The notes: generated from the sequence alone by a model not told the origin. A stretch of DNA of 64,000 bases from Candidatus Dojkabacteria bacterium (GCA_030583825.1 CP129477.1:318308-382307); one strand, 5' to 3'; positions 8,574 to 18,178 are shown, counted from the first letter of the stretch. Numbers and translations: made by a program.

Positions 8574-8606
8574 ATTAGATTGTTAGATAGTTATCTAAAT
8601 ATCTAA
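8574..8606. promoter_or_regulatory. palindromic operator-like element ATTAGATTGTTAGATAGTTATCTAAATATCTAAT (nested inverted repeats TTAGATA/TATCTAA)
   Basis: located 13-45 nt upstream of the ArsR start codon; a 23/24-nt match occurs at 28257-28283. Confidence 0.55.
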
Positions 8607-8651
8607 TTGTATAAAAGAACAGGCTGAGAGTCAATATTCTCTGTTTTGTTG

Positions 8652-9605
8652 CTATTTCCGGCGAATGATGGCCACATAAAAACCTTCCATATTGGAAGTT
8701 GGCTTTACCCTCTTTGTGAGTGCAAGCTCTTGAGGAAACTTCTTTTTTCGCCACGAGGTCAGACCAGGAACCACTTCAGGAATCATATCAATAGGAAATG
8801 GTTGAATTTCCGCATCTGAAAATTGTTCTAATAAGTGAGCAATAACCTCTTCGTTTTCTTCAGGGCCAAAAGTACATGTTGAATATACAAGTGTTCCGCC
8901 CTTTCTTAGTAGGCGGAAAGCGGCCGTAATCATTTTTTTCTGCTGAAATGCCAATCTTTTGATACGTTTTGTACCCCATACTTTGATTGTTTCAGAGTCG
9001 TTTAAAGTCATCATTCCTTCACCGGAGCATGGTGCGTCAAGCAAAATTTTGTCGAACAGCTCGTTCACAAACTGATCAATTCTTTGCGCAGGAAATGCCG
9101 TAACTCTCTCAGTTTTTACCTTTAATAGTGACAATACTCGTTGCAATTTACTGATTCGCGCGACTGACAAATCATTCGCCCAAAGTTCCGCTTCATTATT
9201 CACTACTGCTGCAATATGGGAAAGTTTTCCTCCCGGAGATGAGCAGATGTCCAGAATTTTCTCCCCCTTTTGAGGGTTGAGCGCAAGAACAGGCAAAAAG
9301 CTCGATGCATTTTGAATATATACTTTGCCCTGAGCAAGTTCTTCGTCGAGGTTTGAGAGAAATGGCGAATGGTACGCACTTTCCATCCAATGAATTGGCT
9401 GAAGGCCAATACCTTTTTCTTTGATTTGTGCAACAATTTCAGGCTCGTTTGCGACAAGCGTATTGATACGCAAACTCTTCTTTTCCGTTTGTGACAAAAG
9501 CTGTCGCGCTTCTTCTTCGGAGATTGCGAATATTGCTGCCACTCTTTCGATAAGCTGACTCCACTTTTTAGCCTCGATTGCGGCAAAATCTTTTTTCTTT
9601 CCCAT
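8652..9605 (-). CDS. NOL1/NOP2/Sun family RNA cytosine-C5 methyltransferase (RsmB/RsmF-like)
   Basis: DAPCSGEGMM catalytic motif and SAM-binding ICSSPGGK motif. Confidence 0.85.
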   Translation of the reverse strand: MGKKKDFAAIEAKKWSQLIERVAAIFAISEEEARQLLSQTEKKSLRINTLVANEPEIVAQIKEKGIGLQPIHWMESAYHSPFLSNLDEELAQGKVYIQNASSFLPVLALNPQKGEKILDICSSPGGKLSHIAAVVNNEAELWANDLSVARISKLQRVLSLLKVKTERVTAFPAQRIDQFVNELFDKILLDAPCSGEGMMTLNDSETIKVWGTKRIKRLAFQQKKMITAAFRLLRKGGTLVYSTCTFGPEENEEVIAHLLEQFSDAEIQPFPIDMIPEVVPGLTSWRKKKFPQELALTKRVKPTSNMEGFYVAIIRRK

Positions 9606-9703
9606 GTATGGAAGAATTGTACTACAAATTCGTGATTATTTTACGCATAGTGGCCTATAAGATATAATAAAGTAACGTTTTAGCGTTTGAATGGAGGCAA
9701 ATC

Positions 9704-9907
9704 GTGAACCCACAAAATCTCACTCTCGACGAGGCTCGGCAACGTTTAGAAGACTTAGAGACATATGCAGCAACCTCAGTTGAGGCATATGAACAAGTCG
9801 CTGACGGAATTTCAGAACTGGAACAACTTATATTGCTCCTCGAAACCGCCGAGTACAACCCTGAAGAAGATACCGTGAAGTTTGAGACACTCGAACTCGA
9901 AGATTAA
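9704..9907 (+). CDS. small acidic hypothetical protein (67 aa), GTG start with GGAGG Shine-Dalgarno
   Basis: ORF with strong RBS (ggagg, 6 nt spacer, GTG). Confidence 0.4.
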   Translation: MNPQNLTLDEARQRLEDLETYAATSVEAYEQVADGISELEQLILLLETAEYNPEEDTVKFETLELED

Positions 9908-10192
9908 CTCCCATCCGCCACGTTACTATGCCGGAGCCTTTTGAATAAATAACCAAAAATCATTAGGACTCCGGCGCTTTTCCTCTCTTCTGTAAAACTT
10001 TTTTAATCATTTTTCCGGTGCTATAATACACTCACAAACGCCAACACTCATTTACTTACAAAATTAGGCTGGAATTCTTTTTTTGAAGAATCAGCACAAG
10101 ACCTTTCGAAGTCCTACTCTCTCGGCAGGATCATTATTGAAGAAAGGCAACGGTACACCATTGCAACAGGTGATTCGTTTATCTATGGCAAA

Positions 10193-11134
10193 GTGGGGAC
10201 AAAAATTCTGAAATCAGCCGCCACACCAAGCGAGTTCCCCAAAGTTGGAGATTGGGTCGCATTTACTCAATATAACTCAGAAAGTGAAGCAGTCATTCAT
10301 TCGGTTCTTCCGCGCAAAACAACTCTTTCTCGCAAAGGTGTTGATCCCAGGCCCGGAGTATCTTCTTCGGTAGAGCAAATTATTGCCACAAATATTGATA
10401 TTATCTGCATTGTGCAGAGCGCTGATCAAAACTTTAATATTCGAAGACTAGAGCGTTACTTAGCAATGGCGCTTGCAGCAAATTGCCAACCCCTCGTTAT
10501 TCTCAACAAAATTGACTTAAACTCACAATGGGAAGATCTCGTACGAAAAATTAAATCCAGACTTACGGTAGATATTCCTATCATCGCAATGAGTGCAAAA
10601 GATTCTCTTGGCAAAGATGAATTGCTAAGCTATTTGAAGCAAGGAACAACTTCGGTATTTGTGGGATCTTCCGGCGTTGGTAAGTCATCTCTTATTAACA
10701 TGCTGCAAGAGGAGGACGTTTTAAAAGTTGGCGAAATTAGTGAAACTCTCGGCAAAGGAAAGCATACGACAACTCATCGCGAGCTATTACAGCTTTCGTC
10801 TGGAGGCATTGTTATTGATACTCCCGGCATGAGAGAGCTTTTTATGTGGGACGCTGACGATGCCGTTGATGAACTCTTTACCCCAATAGTAGAGCTATCG
10901 AAGGCTTGTAAGTTCAAGAATTGCTCGCATACTTCTGAACCTGGCTGTGCTGTTATTGACGCGCTTGAGAATGAAGAGATTGATCCCGACATGTATGAAC
11001 ATTACCTTCAACTAAAAGGGGAACAGCGAAAGTTTTCAAATAAACGAAAGAAAGTTTCACCAGAAAAAGAGAGGCATAAGCGATTTAGCAAGCAAATACG
11101 GCAGGTTGTAAGAGATAAAGAGCGCTGGTATTAG
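10193..11134 (+). CDS. rsgA: ribosome small-subunit-dependent GTPase RsgA (YjeQ); the homologous N-terminal OB domain continues upstream to about nt 10100 with no canonical start codon
   Basis: GTPase motifs VGSSGVGKSSLIN, DTPG, NKIDL; C-terminal zinc finger CKFKNCSHTSEPGC; the upstream in-frame translation GRIIIEERQRYTIATGDSFIYGKVG aligns with the RsgA OB fold. Confidence 0.85.
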   Translation: MGTKILKSAATPSEFPKVGDWVAFTQYNSESEAVIHSVLPRKTTLSRKGVDPRPGVSSSVEQIIATNIDIICIVQSADQNFNIRRLERYLAMALAANCQPLVILNKIDLNSQWEDLVRKIKSRLTVDIPIIAMSAKDSLGKDELLSYLKQGTTSVFVGSSGVGKSSLINMLQEEDVLKVGEISETLGKGKHTTTHRELLQLSSGGIVIDTPGMRELFMWDADDAVDELFTPIVELSKACKFKNCSHTSEPGCAVIDALENEEIDPDMYEHYLQLKGEQRKFSNKRKKVSPEKERHKRFSKQIRQVVRDKERWY

Positions 11135-11278
11135 ACTATTTTCGTGACAAAGTTCGCGACAGGTAGCTGTAAGACCTCTGTCAAACTTCTTACTACCTTA
11201 AATTTTATCCGAATGTCGGTAGTTTAAATTGTACGGTATTTCCGATATATTTCAGCAATCCGATTGAGGTCTTTTATT

Positions 11279-11292
11279 CTATAGGGTATAAT
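11279..11292 (+). promoter_or_regulatory. promoter motif CTATAGGGTATAAT, second copy
   Basis: identical 14-mer to the one at 454-467; followed by an SD-led ORF at 11325. Confidence 0.5.
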
Positions 11293-11324
11293 TCAGCAAT
11301 ATTGGCACATGAAAGGAGCTATTC

Positions 11325-11561
11325 ATGAATACCCCTCGTTACTACGGATTAGACAGTGTGAGTCAACTCCTCCCTGGTGAGGAAGTCGCAATTTTTATGG
11401 CACGTGGACAAGCACCTATTATTGAAATTGTCGTAGCGAGAACAGAATCTTCCGCAACAACGAATTCTGGGCGCGTCCTAACAGATGAAGAAAATGACTA
11501 TTTCACCTGTTTACTCACAGGAAACTATTTCCCTGAGCATGACTCTGCCGCAAGAATTTGA
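11325..11561 (+). CDS. small hypothetical protein (78 aa)
   Basis: good RBS (aaaggag, 8 nt spacer, ATG); dedicated promoter. Confidence 0.45.
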   Translation: MNTPRYYGLDSVSQLLPGEEVAIFMARGQAPIIEIVVARTESSATTNSGRVLTDEENDYFTCLLTGNYFPEHDSAARI

Positions 11562-11675
11562 ATAACACGGTCTCTGCCAACGGGGTCAGAAATTTGCTTT
11601 TATGCGTTCTGGCCCCAGCCCCTTCCACTCTCTTACTACTGTTCACAAAGTCCGGACACCTCTCAATTCGTCGCC

Positions 11676-12689
11676 CTAAATCCCCAATGGAGGGATAATT
11701 CCCATCACTGACAATGCTGCGAGCAAGTTAAATGCCGCAAAACAGATAATTATCATTCCTGCCGTCTTAAAAAATAGTCCCGACTGCAATGTTTTCGACA
11801 ACTTTACTGACGCGACGCTTAAAACTGCAAGTGCGGGAAAGGTTCCAAGCGCAAATACCAGCATTATCAAGGCTCCATGTAAAACATTTCCACTTTGTAA
11901 GGCGTAAACCTGCATTGACTGTGTAAATCCACACGGCAAAAAGAATGTGATAATTCCCAATAAAATTGGCATTATCCAGCCGCGCTTGCCTTCAAACGAT
12001 AATACCCATTTCCCCATGAACTTTGGCATTTGTACTTGAGGAAGTGGAAATAGCTCAAGCATATTGATTCCAACGGAAATCATCACAACAAACAAAATAA
12101 CGTCAATGACAAACGTAAGTAGCGGGTTAAGCGTAAATGCAGAGCCAATTAGTCCCATAACTCCGCCAAGAAAGAAAAATCCAACGATTCTGGCAATGTG
12201 AAAAGCTGAAATCGCAGCAACTTTTTGCGTTTTTGCATATTGCGCCGACAACGTAAGCACTAATCCGCCAACGACGGCCATACAAGACGATACCGATGCG
12301 ATGAGTCCAATTCCAAACACAACAGGCAGCGATGGCGTGCTCGTTGTAATCAGTGTAACAAGTCCCATTCTTTGGAGCAAAATAAAAATGAGAACAATAA
12401 CCATTGTGATAGCTCCGGCTTTTATGTAGTCCGTAATATTTACTTCCTGTTTCTGCTGCTTTGTAGATACCGTATATCCGGTATCTTTCAATAGCTCGTT
12501 AAAGTCTTTTGCCAGTGAATCTGCCTTTTCGGGTGAATCCATAGTTACCACAACTTTGTTTGCAGCGAGATTCGCAGACACGTTTTTCACTTTTTTGTGG
12601 GTTTTTAGATGTTTCTCGATAGTTAGTTCACATGCGGCACAATGCATGCCATCAACCGAAAGTTCACAGGTGTATTGAGGTTTTGCCAT
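11676..12689 (-). CDS. heavy-metal-associated (HMA) domain fused to a polytopic membrane permease-like domain
   Basis: N-terminal GMHCAAC metal-binding motif (HMA fold), then about 8 TM helices; leaderless (GGGTATAAT + 6 nt + ATG). Confidence 0.6.
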   Translation of the reverse strand: MAKPQYTCELSVDGMHCAACELTIEKHLKTHKKVKNVSANLAANKVVVTMDSPEKADSLAKDFNELLKDTGYTVSTKQQKQEVNITDYIKAGAITMVIVLIFILLQRMGLVTLITTSTPSLPVVFGIGLIASVSSCMAVVGGLVLTLSAQYAKTQKVAAISAFHIARIVGFFFLGGVMGLIGSAFTLNPLLTFVIDVILFVVMISVGINMLELFPLPQVQMPKFMGKWVLSFEGKRGWIMPILLGIITFFLPCGFTQSMQVYALQSGNVLHGALIMLVFALGTFPALAVLSVASVKLSKTLQSGLFFKTAGMIIICFAAFNLLAALSVMGIIPPLGI

Positions 12690-12743
12690 TGATCATTATA
12701 CCCCGGCAAGCAACTTTATCAAACCCAAAAAGCGTAAAATTTA

Positions 12744-14291
12744 CTACTTTGCCGAAGGAAAAATACGATACACTGCTCCCTCGTCAGATGAAAACTCTTT
12801 TTGCAGGGATAAAATAGAGAGCACTTCATTTTCTGTTGCGAATCGCGCCTTTAATGCAAAATCATGAGAAAAGAATACCAAATATTGGTCTTCTTCGTTC
12901 ATACGAAGTCTCGAAATATTAGTGACGTATTCTTTTACCAGTGTTCCACCAACCGAATACTTTTGTGGCATTGCACGAACTCTTTTTCCACTCAGAACAT
13001 TTAAAGCCTGCGGAGCATGCGTGTAAACCACGGCATTGCCTGGAATTGAATGCCTTACATATGCGACAGTAGAAGAATGTCTCCATCCGGCCGTTGCATA
13101 CGGCAGTCCATCTCGATAGATTTCTGCAATTGCTGGAAAGGTCTGCCACGCAAAAACGACAAAAAAGTAAGCAAGAATTGCCCATTTAACGTAGAAACGT
13201 GAGTCTTTTAGCATCTGCATTGCAAGCATAATGCCAAGCAGCAACATTACCGAAATTGGAGATAAAAGTCGAAAGTCTAATGGCGTGGAGGAATCTAAAA
13301 ATAGAATAGAAAAGAACACAACAGCAACGTAAAATAGTGAAAATGTGAGCGGAATCCAAAATCTCAGCACTTCTTTAATTTTGACATGCTCACGCTGATA
13401 CAAAATAAAACCGGCAAATAATGTTGCGACTATTCCCCAGAAAAAGACATGGACAGAAATTGAGCTGATAATATCAACAAAAGGTGCAGGAAGTATCCAT
13501 GAAAAGAACGTTGTTGCTCCTTCAGTCAATTTTTCGAAAGGAATTAGTGTAAACCCAAACTCTCGAACGCTTTCTGTCGCACCAAATATACGAGCAATCC
13601 CGTACCATACTACAATTGGAAGGCCAACAATTGCCGAAATCATTGCGCTAAATTTCAGTTTCTCTTTAATAGGTAACGTAAATCCTACCCAAAGAACAAA
13701 TAACAAAAATGGAAGAAAGACAATACCAACGTACCGAACAATCATTGCGTAGCCCCATATGCCGGCAGCAACGAGAAGTCCCCGTTTACGTTGTTTTTGT
13801 ACTGCAACGACAGTTGCCAGCATTCCCGCAACAAGAAGGAATAGAAACAATGGCTCACTCCACATCATAGAGAAAATTCTGAAAACACCCGGAAGAATAA
13901 TACCTAGTGATTGAATTGCAATTGTTAATGGAAGCGATTTTGTTAGTCTGAATGCAAGCAGTCCAATACACAGCAAAAAGCCAAAGAATACGGCTGCATT
14001 AAGAAACACAAAACCGTCTTTAGGATCAAGAAAAGGAATAATTGAGAGCGCAAGGCTAACTCCCGGCGGATAATGTGTTTGCAATTCGGTTTCTCCTGTC
14101 ACAGTATCGGCGACAATACCCTCTCCCTGGCGTAAATTACGGGTCATGGAGACGTAGGCGAGGGAATCCTGCGTGATTCCCGAGCCGAATCTAGTGAGAA
14201 GCAACAATAGAAATGTTCCAATGAGCGGGGCGATGCAAATCGCCACCATGAAAAGAATTTGTTTTGCACGTTTGGGAATCCGCTCGTTCAT
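12744..14291 (-). CDS. GT-C fold glycosyltransferase-like polytopic membrane protein (ArnT/PMT-like), paralog of 25439..26965
   Basis: more than 10 TM helices; N-terminal GxGITxDSLxYxSxxRNLxxGxG loop; divergent from a GT2 polyprenol-phosphate sugar synthase-like gene. Confidence 0.5.
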   Translation of the reverse strand: MNERIPKRAKQILFMVAICIAPLIGTFLLLLLTRFGSGITQDSLAYVSMTRNLRQGEGIVADTVTGETELQTHYPPGVSLALSIIPFLDPKDGFVFLNAAVFFGFLLCIGLLAFRLTKSLPLTIAIQSLGIILPGVFRIFSMMWSEPLFLFLLVAGMLATVVAVQKQRKRGLLVAAGIWGYAMIVRYVGIVFLPFLLFVLWVGFTLPIKEKLKFSAMISAIVGLPIVVWYGIARIFGATESVREFGFTLIPFEKLTEGATTFFSWILPAPFVDIISSISVHVFFWGIVATLFAGFILYQREHVKIKEVLRFWIPLTFSLFYVAVVFFSILFLDSSTPLDFRLLSPISVMLLLGIMLAMQMLKDSRFYVKWAILAYFFVVFAWQTFPAIAEIYRDGLPYATAGWRHSSTVAYVRHSIPGNAVVYTHAPQALNVLSGKRVRAMPQKYSVGGTLVKEYVTNISRLRMNEEDQYLVFFSHDFALKARFATENEVLSILSLQKEFSSDEGAVYRIFPSAK

Positions 14292-14344
14292 GTAAGTTTA
14301 TACCACATTTTTTTAGATTGTGACATAGAAATGTTCCCGCAAAC

Positions 14345-15118
14345 ATGGTACTATTCAATGTTAAGATAACGTATTCACGTATGGCGAAACTTCTCTCCCT
14401 TGTTATTCCGGCGTATAACGAGGAAAAAACAATTGAATCAATTATTCGTACAGTTTTTTCACTGCAGATGCCACAAGATTGGGAGATAGAAGCTATTGTT
14501 GTAAACGATCATTCTAAAGACACCACTGCTTCCATTGTTTCGAAACTTACCTCCGAATTTCCAAAACTGGTATTTGTCTCAAATGAGCAGAACTTGGGTA
14601 AAAGTCGCTCTGTAAAAAAAGGAATCCTTCTGACAAAAGGAGATTTTGTCGCTATTCAAGACGCGGATTTGGAATATGATCCAAAAGACCTCATAACAAT
14701 GCTTAAAAAAGCTATTTCAGAAGATTTAGACGTCGTATTCGGAAACAGGTTTGGCAAACAAAATAAGCTCATCTACCCTACATATTACCTCGGGAATATG
14801 GGAGTATCTCTCTTTTCTAACATTTTTACCTTCCCACGAATGGGAAAAATTGTTCCTGACATGGAGGTTTGTTACAAACTTATAAAAGGAGACGTGTTTC
14901 GAAGTATTGCCCAAAAATTGACAGCTACTTCTACATTTGGATTTGAGCCCGAAGTTACGGCGAAAGTCGCACGATATCGTGATTCAAGCAATAAAAAGCT
15001 TACATTCGGCGTTCTGCCAATTTCTTATAATCCCCGTTCATTTGCCGAAGGAAAAAAGATTCTTTGGAGCGATGGTGTTAAGGCATTAATTGAAATTATG
15101 GCATATAATCTATTATGA
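14345..15118 (+). CDS. GT2 family glycosyltransferase (dolichyl/polyprenyl-phosphate sugar synthase-like, DPM1/ArnC type); start may be at the Met at 14381
   Basis: LSLVIPAYNEE, VVNDHSKD and AIQDADLEYDP motifs (DXD). Confidence 0.8.
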   Translation: MVLFNVKITYSRMAKLLSLVIPAYNEEKTIESIIRTVFSLQMPQDWEIEAIVVNDHSKDTTASIVSKLTSEFPKLVFVSNEQNLGKSRSVKKGILLTKGDFVAIQDADLEYDPKDLITMLKKAISEDLDVVFGNRFGKQNKLIYPTYYLGNMGVSLFSNIFTFPRMGKIVPDMEVCYKLIKGDVFRSIAQKLTATSTFGFEPEVTAKVARYRDSSNKKLTFGVLPISYNPRSFAEGKKILWSDGVKALIEIMAYNLL

Positions 15119-16404
15119 ATATAAAAATCTCCAGCTCGACCGTTACATACGAAAAAATCAGCCCATCTGTACACTTTCTCTATGTTCCTCACAAAAAGGG
15201 ACGATATAAAACAAAACTTGAAGCATTTTTCACCCGCGGAGGATCATTTTTTGAATCAAGAAAAGCTCAAGGTATCTCCCACTTTATGGAGCACTGTATT
15301 GTCACAACATTCGACAATTGGACTCCTGATGCATTAAACAAATATTTGAGTACCAAAGGTATTTCAAGAAATGCAGGAACTGGACTTGCGCACTTAAGTA
15401 CCGAAGTATCAGGCCACCACTCTGACGAAAAAGAGATGTTCGATATTTTTAAAAAGATAACGTTTGATCCAAATATTTCAGAACAAACACTTGAAAGTGA
15501 ACGAAAAATTATCCTTGCAGAAATGGCTCAAAAGTTTGGTCATCCTCAATATCAGCTTGCAAAATATATAGACGAACATATGTACACAACAGGTTCGCCC
15601 AACGCGTACGAAACTCTTGGAACAGAAGAACATGTAAAACAGATCTCACTCGCGAATATAAATGAACGATACAGCAGTATGATCCACGATAGTCACTGTA
15701 TTTTGCTTGGCACAGGATTATCTTCCGCACTTGTGGAAGAAGTAAAGCAATTCTTAAGTGAGAAAAAATCATTGTTTAATCCAGATCACCAAATGCATGA
15801 GCGAACAATTTCTCAGTTTAAAGAGTTCCAGTACCTGCCAATTGTTCATAAATATGCTCGTGATACTGCCCGTATTATCGTTATGATTCCGTGCGAGGTG
15901 GAATATGAAAATCAAGGACAAAGACATCTCCTTAATAGATTACTTATTCGAGGAATGTACGGCTATTTGTACAATACGTTGCGAGAAAAATTAAAAATGA
16001 TTTATCATCTGCAGTCATCTTTTGTTATCCGCATGAATTACCTTGAAATTGAAATGATTGCGAATATCGAACATGTTGAAGAAATTATCAATGTTGTACG
16101 AGGAATGTTTGATCCAAAAATCATAAAACAAACGAAAAAGGACTTCCAAATGATTAAAAAGAGTTTTCTCAAAGTGGAACAGATTCAAAATGAAGATGCG
16201 TATTACAGTGAAATCGGATTTATTTTCAACAACTTAGGTGCGTATAACAAGCCCTACACTCTGAAAGACTATATGGAACTTATTAAGAAAACATCGTTTG
16301 ACGATGTGCTTGAAGTCCACACAAAAATAAAAAATAACCTCGAAAAGATGCGTGTTGTGATTATTTCCAACAATGCAGAAATCGAAAATCTTAAGCTCTT
16401 TTAG
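15115..16404 (+). CDS. M16 (pitrilysin/insulinase) family zinc peptidase
   Basis: HFMEH inverzincin HxxEH motif plus downstream ESERK…AEM Glu motif; ATGA overlap with GT2. Confidence 0.7.
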   Translation: MNIKISSSTVTYEKISPSVHFLYVPHKKGRYKTKLEAFFTRGGSFFESRKAQGISHFMEHCIVTTFDNWTPDALNKYLSTKGISRNAGTGLAHLSTEVSGHHSDEKEMFDIFKKITFDPNISEQTLESERKIILAEMAQKFGHPQYQLAKYIDEHMYTTGSPNAYETLGTEEHVKQISLANINERYSSMIHDSHCILLGTGLSSALVEEVKQFLSEKKSLFNPDHQMHERTISQFKEFQYLPIVHKYARDTARIIVMIPCEVEYENQGQRHLLNRLLIRGMYGYLYNTLREKLKMIYHLQSSFVIRMNYLEIEMIANIEHVEEIINVVRGMFDPKIIKQTKKDFQMIKKSFLKVEQIQNEDAYYSEIGFIFNNLGAYNKPYTLKDYMELIKKTSFDDVLEVHTKIKNNLEKMRVVIISNNAEIENLKLF

Positions 16405-16943
16405 GTAACCATTGTCGAATAGCTTTGCAATAGTTTTCGGACTTTAGGATCAATAATAATCCGACAGTAGGGAGCATTCTTATTATTATTGTAATAATTC
16501 TGATGATAAGATTCCGCTTCGTAAAAATCGGTGAATGGCACAATTTCTGTCACAATCGGATTTTTATATACTTTTTGTCTTTCCAACTCATCGCGAGATA
16601 GTTCCGCTGCTGCCTTTTGTTCGGCATTCATGTAAATAATCATTGAACGATATTGTGTTCCTACATCATTTCCTTGCCTATTCAGCGTTGTTGGATCATG
16701 AAGATGCCAAAAAACGTCTAATAGCTGCTCATACGAAACAATTGCAGGATCAAATTCGAGCTGAACTACTTCTGCATGGCCGGTCTCCCCTGAAGAAACT
16801 TCTTCATATGTCGGCTTTTCGATATTTCCTCCGGCATAGCCAGAAATTACTTTCTGAACACCCTTTACACGCTGAAATACAGCTTCTAAACACCAGAAAC
16901 ACCCACCACCAAATACGGCTTTTTGTATGTTCGATTTTTCCAT
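16401..16943 (-). CDS. msrA: peptide-methionine (S)-S-oxide reductase MsrA; start set at MEKSNIQ (TATACT + 6 nt + ATG), although the ORF extends to 16979
   Basis: GGGCFWCLEAVF active-site motif. Confidence 0.85.
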   Translation of the reverse strand: MEKSNIQKAVFGGGCFWCLEAVFQRVKGVQKVISGYAGGNIEKPTYEEVSSGETGHAEVVQLEFDPAIVSYEQLLDVFWHLHDPTTLNRQGNDVGTQYRSMIIYMNAEQKAAAELSRDELERQKVYKNPIVTEIVPFTDFYEAESYHQNYYNNNKNAPYCRIIIDPKVRKLLQSYSTMVT

Positions 16944-17015
16944 ATTTTTAGTATAGGGCGTTTTATAGCGTAATGCCATAGCTTATATTCGCAGCCGTTT
17001 TTCCGGGGGAAAATA

Positions 17016-17048
17016 TTGACAAATTACGGTAACAGTCATAGTATTGCG
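17016..17048 (+). promoter_or_regulatory. sigma-70-type promoter TTGACA-N17-TAGTAT for the secreted-protein cluster
   Basis: consensus -35 and -10 boxes with 17-nt spacing read directly in sequence. Confidence 0.55.
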
Positions 17049-17080
17049 TAGTACTTAAATAATTTTTCTTTGTATTCTCC

Positions 17081-18166
17081 ATGAAGAGATCATTTCTGCC
17101 CCTGGGAGGTTTACTCCTAATGGTCTTTGTTGCAGGCGTATTCGCTAGCTCCGTAAGCGCAGCAACTTTTACAGAGTTTACAGTTCGACCATCTCGTATA
17201 GAGACATCAGCAACGGACGTAAACTTTTTAATTAAACTTGAACCGGCATCTACTGCCACAGAAGACGCAATCAACGTCATCTTTGGTACAGGATATACAG
17301 TTGACGGCACTGCCTCAAACATTACGGTTAACTCAACTCTTGGAACACTCCAAAGCTGGGACGCTGAATGTGATGCAGCAGTACCAAGCATCGGTGCAAC
17401 AGCAGCTTCGGTTGCAGGCCAAACAGCATCGTTTGCTTCAGGCGACTTAGACACCGGTACAACATACTGCTTCTTAATTACAGCAGGTGTTGATAACCCA
17501 TCTTCCACAGGAAACTATCCAATGACTGTCGAAACAGAAGAATCAAGCGCAATTGTTGACTATGCAATTGTTATGATGCCAGCAGTTGACGACGACGAAG
17601 TTGTCATTACGGCAGCAGTCGCTCCATTTGTTCGCTGCGATGTTGATACAACAGCAGGCACAAACAACAGCATTGACCTTGGCGTTTTGCAGTACGGCAC
17701 AGTGACATCTTCAAGCACACTTGATACACCAGATAACATTCGTGTTTACGGTGGAACAAATGCTTCAGAAGGTATGACTTGGTACTACAGAAGCGATGCT
17801 TCATTCAATGGTTTGCGATCAACAACAGGATCTTACACATTGACAGGTGCTGACGCAGAAGGAACTCTCTCTGCAACAACAGCAAACTGTGCAGGTGGAA
17901 CTCCATGTTACGGTATTTACTACAGTGGCACGAGCTCAACAGTGACAGGATCAATTACCGTTGATACCGACTATACAGGCTTAACAGCAACAACAGCAGT
18001 TGGGCCAATGCGAACTGATATTTGGGGCGATGCAATTGCATCAAGCTCAGCAGCAGTCGCAGGTGCAGAAATTGTGTTTAACGTAAACGCAACAGCATCG
18101 GAACAGGCACCAGCAGCAGTTGACTACACAGATACTTTGATTTTTACGTGTAAAGCTGACTTGTAA
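17081..18166 (+). CDS. secreted protein, family member A1 (signal peptide; C-terminal …AAVDYTDTLIFTCKADL)
   Basis: cleavable signal peptide ending SVSA/ATFTEF; Thr/Ser/Gly/Ala-rich beta-type composition; C-terminal 19 residues shared with 18285..19391 and 21478..22650. Confidence 0.6.
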   Translation: MKRSFLPLGGLLLMVFVAGVFASSVSAATFTEFTVRPSRIETSATDVNFLIKLEPASTATEDAINVIFGTGYTVDGTASNITVNSTLGTLQSWDAECDAAVPSIGATAASVAGQTASFASGDLDTGTTYCFLITAGVDNPSSTGNYPMTVETEESSAIVDYAIVMMPAVDDDEVVITAAVAPFVRCDVDTTAGTNNSIDLGVLQYGTVTSSSTLDTPDNIRVYGGTNASEGMTWYYRSDASFNGLRSTTGSYTLTGADAEGTLSATTANCAGGTPCYGIYYSGTSSTVTGSITVDTDYTGLTATTAVGPMRTDIWGDAIASSSAAVAGAEIVFNVNATASEQAPAAVDYTDTLIFTCKADL

Positions 18167-18178
18167 CCGTTTTATGTA

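Noticed and set aside
11575-11640. Imperfect hairpin GGGGTCAGA…TCTGGCCCC downstream of 11325..11561
   Set aside because: The stem has a mismatch, the loop is 17 nt and there is no following T-run, so it is a weak terminator candidate and is not reported as a feature.
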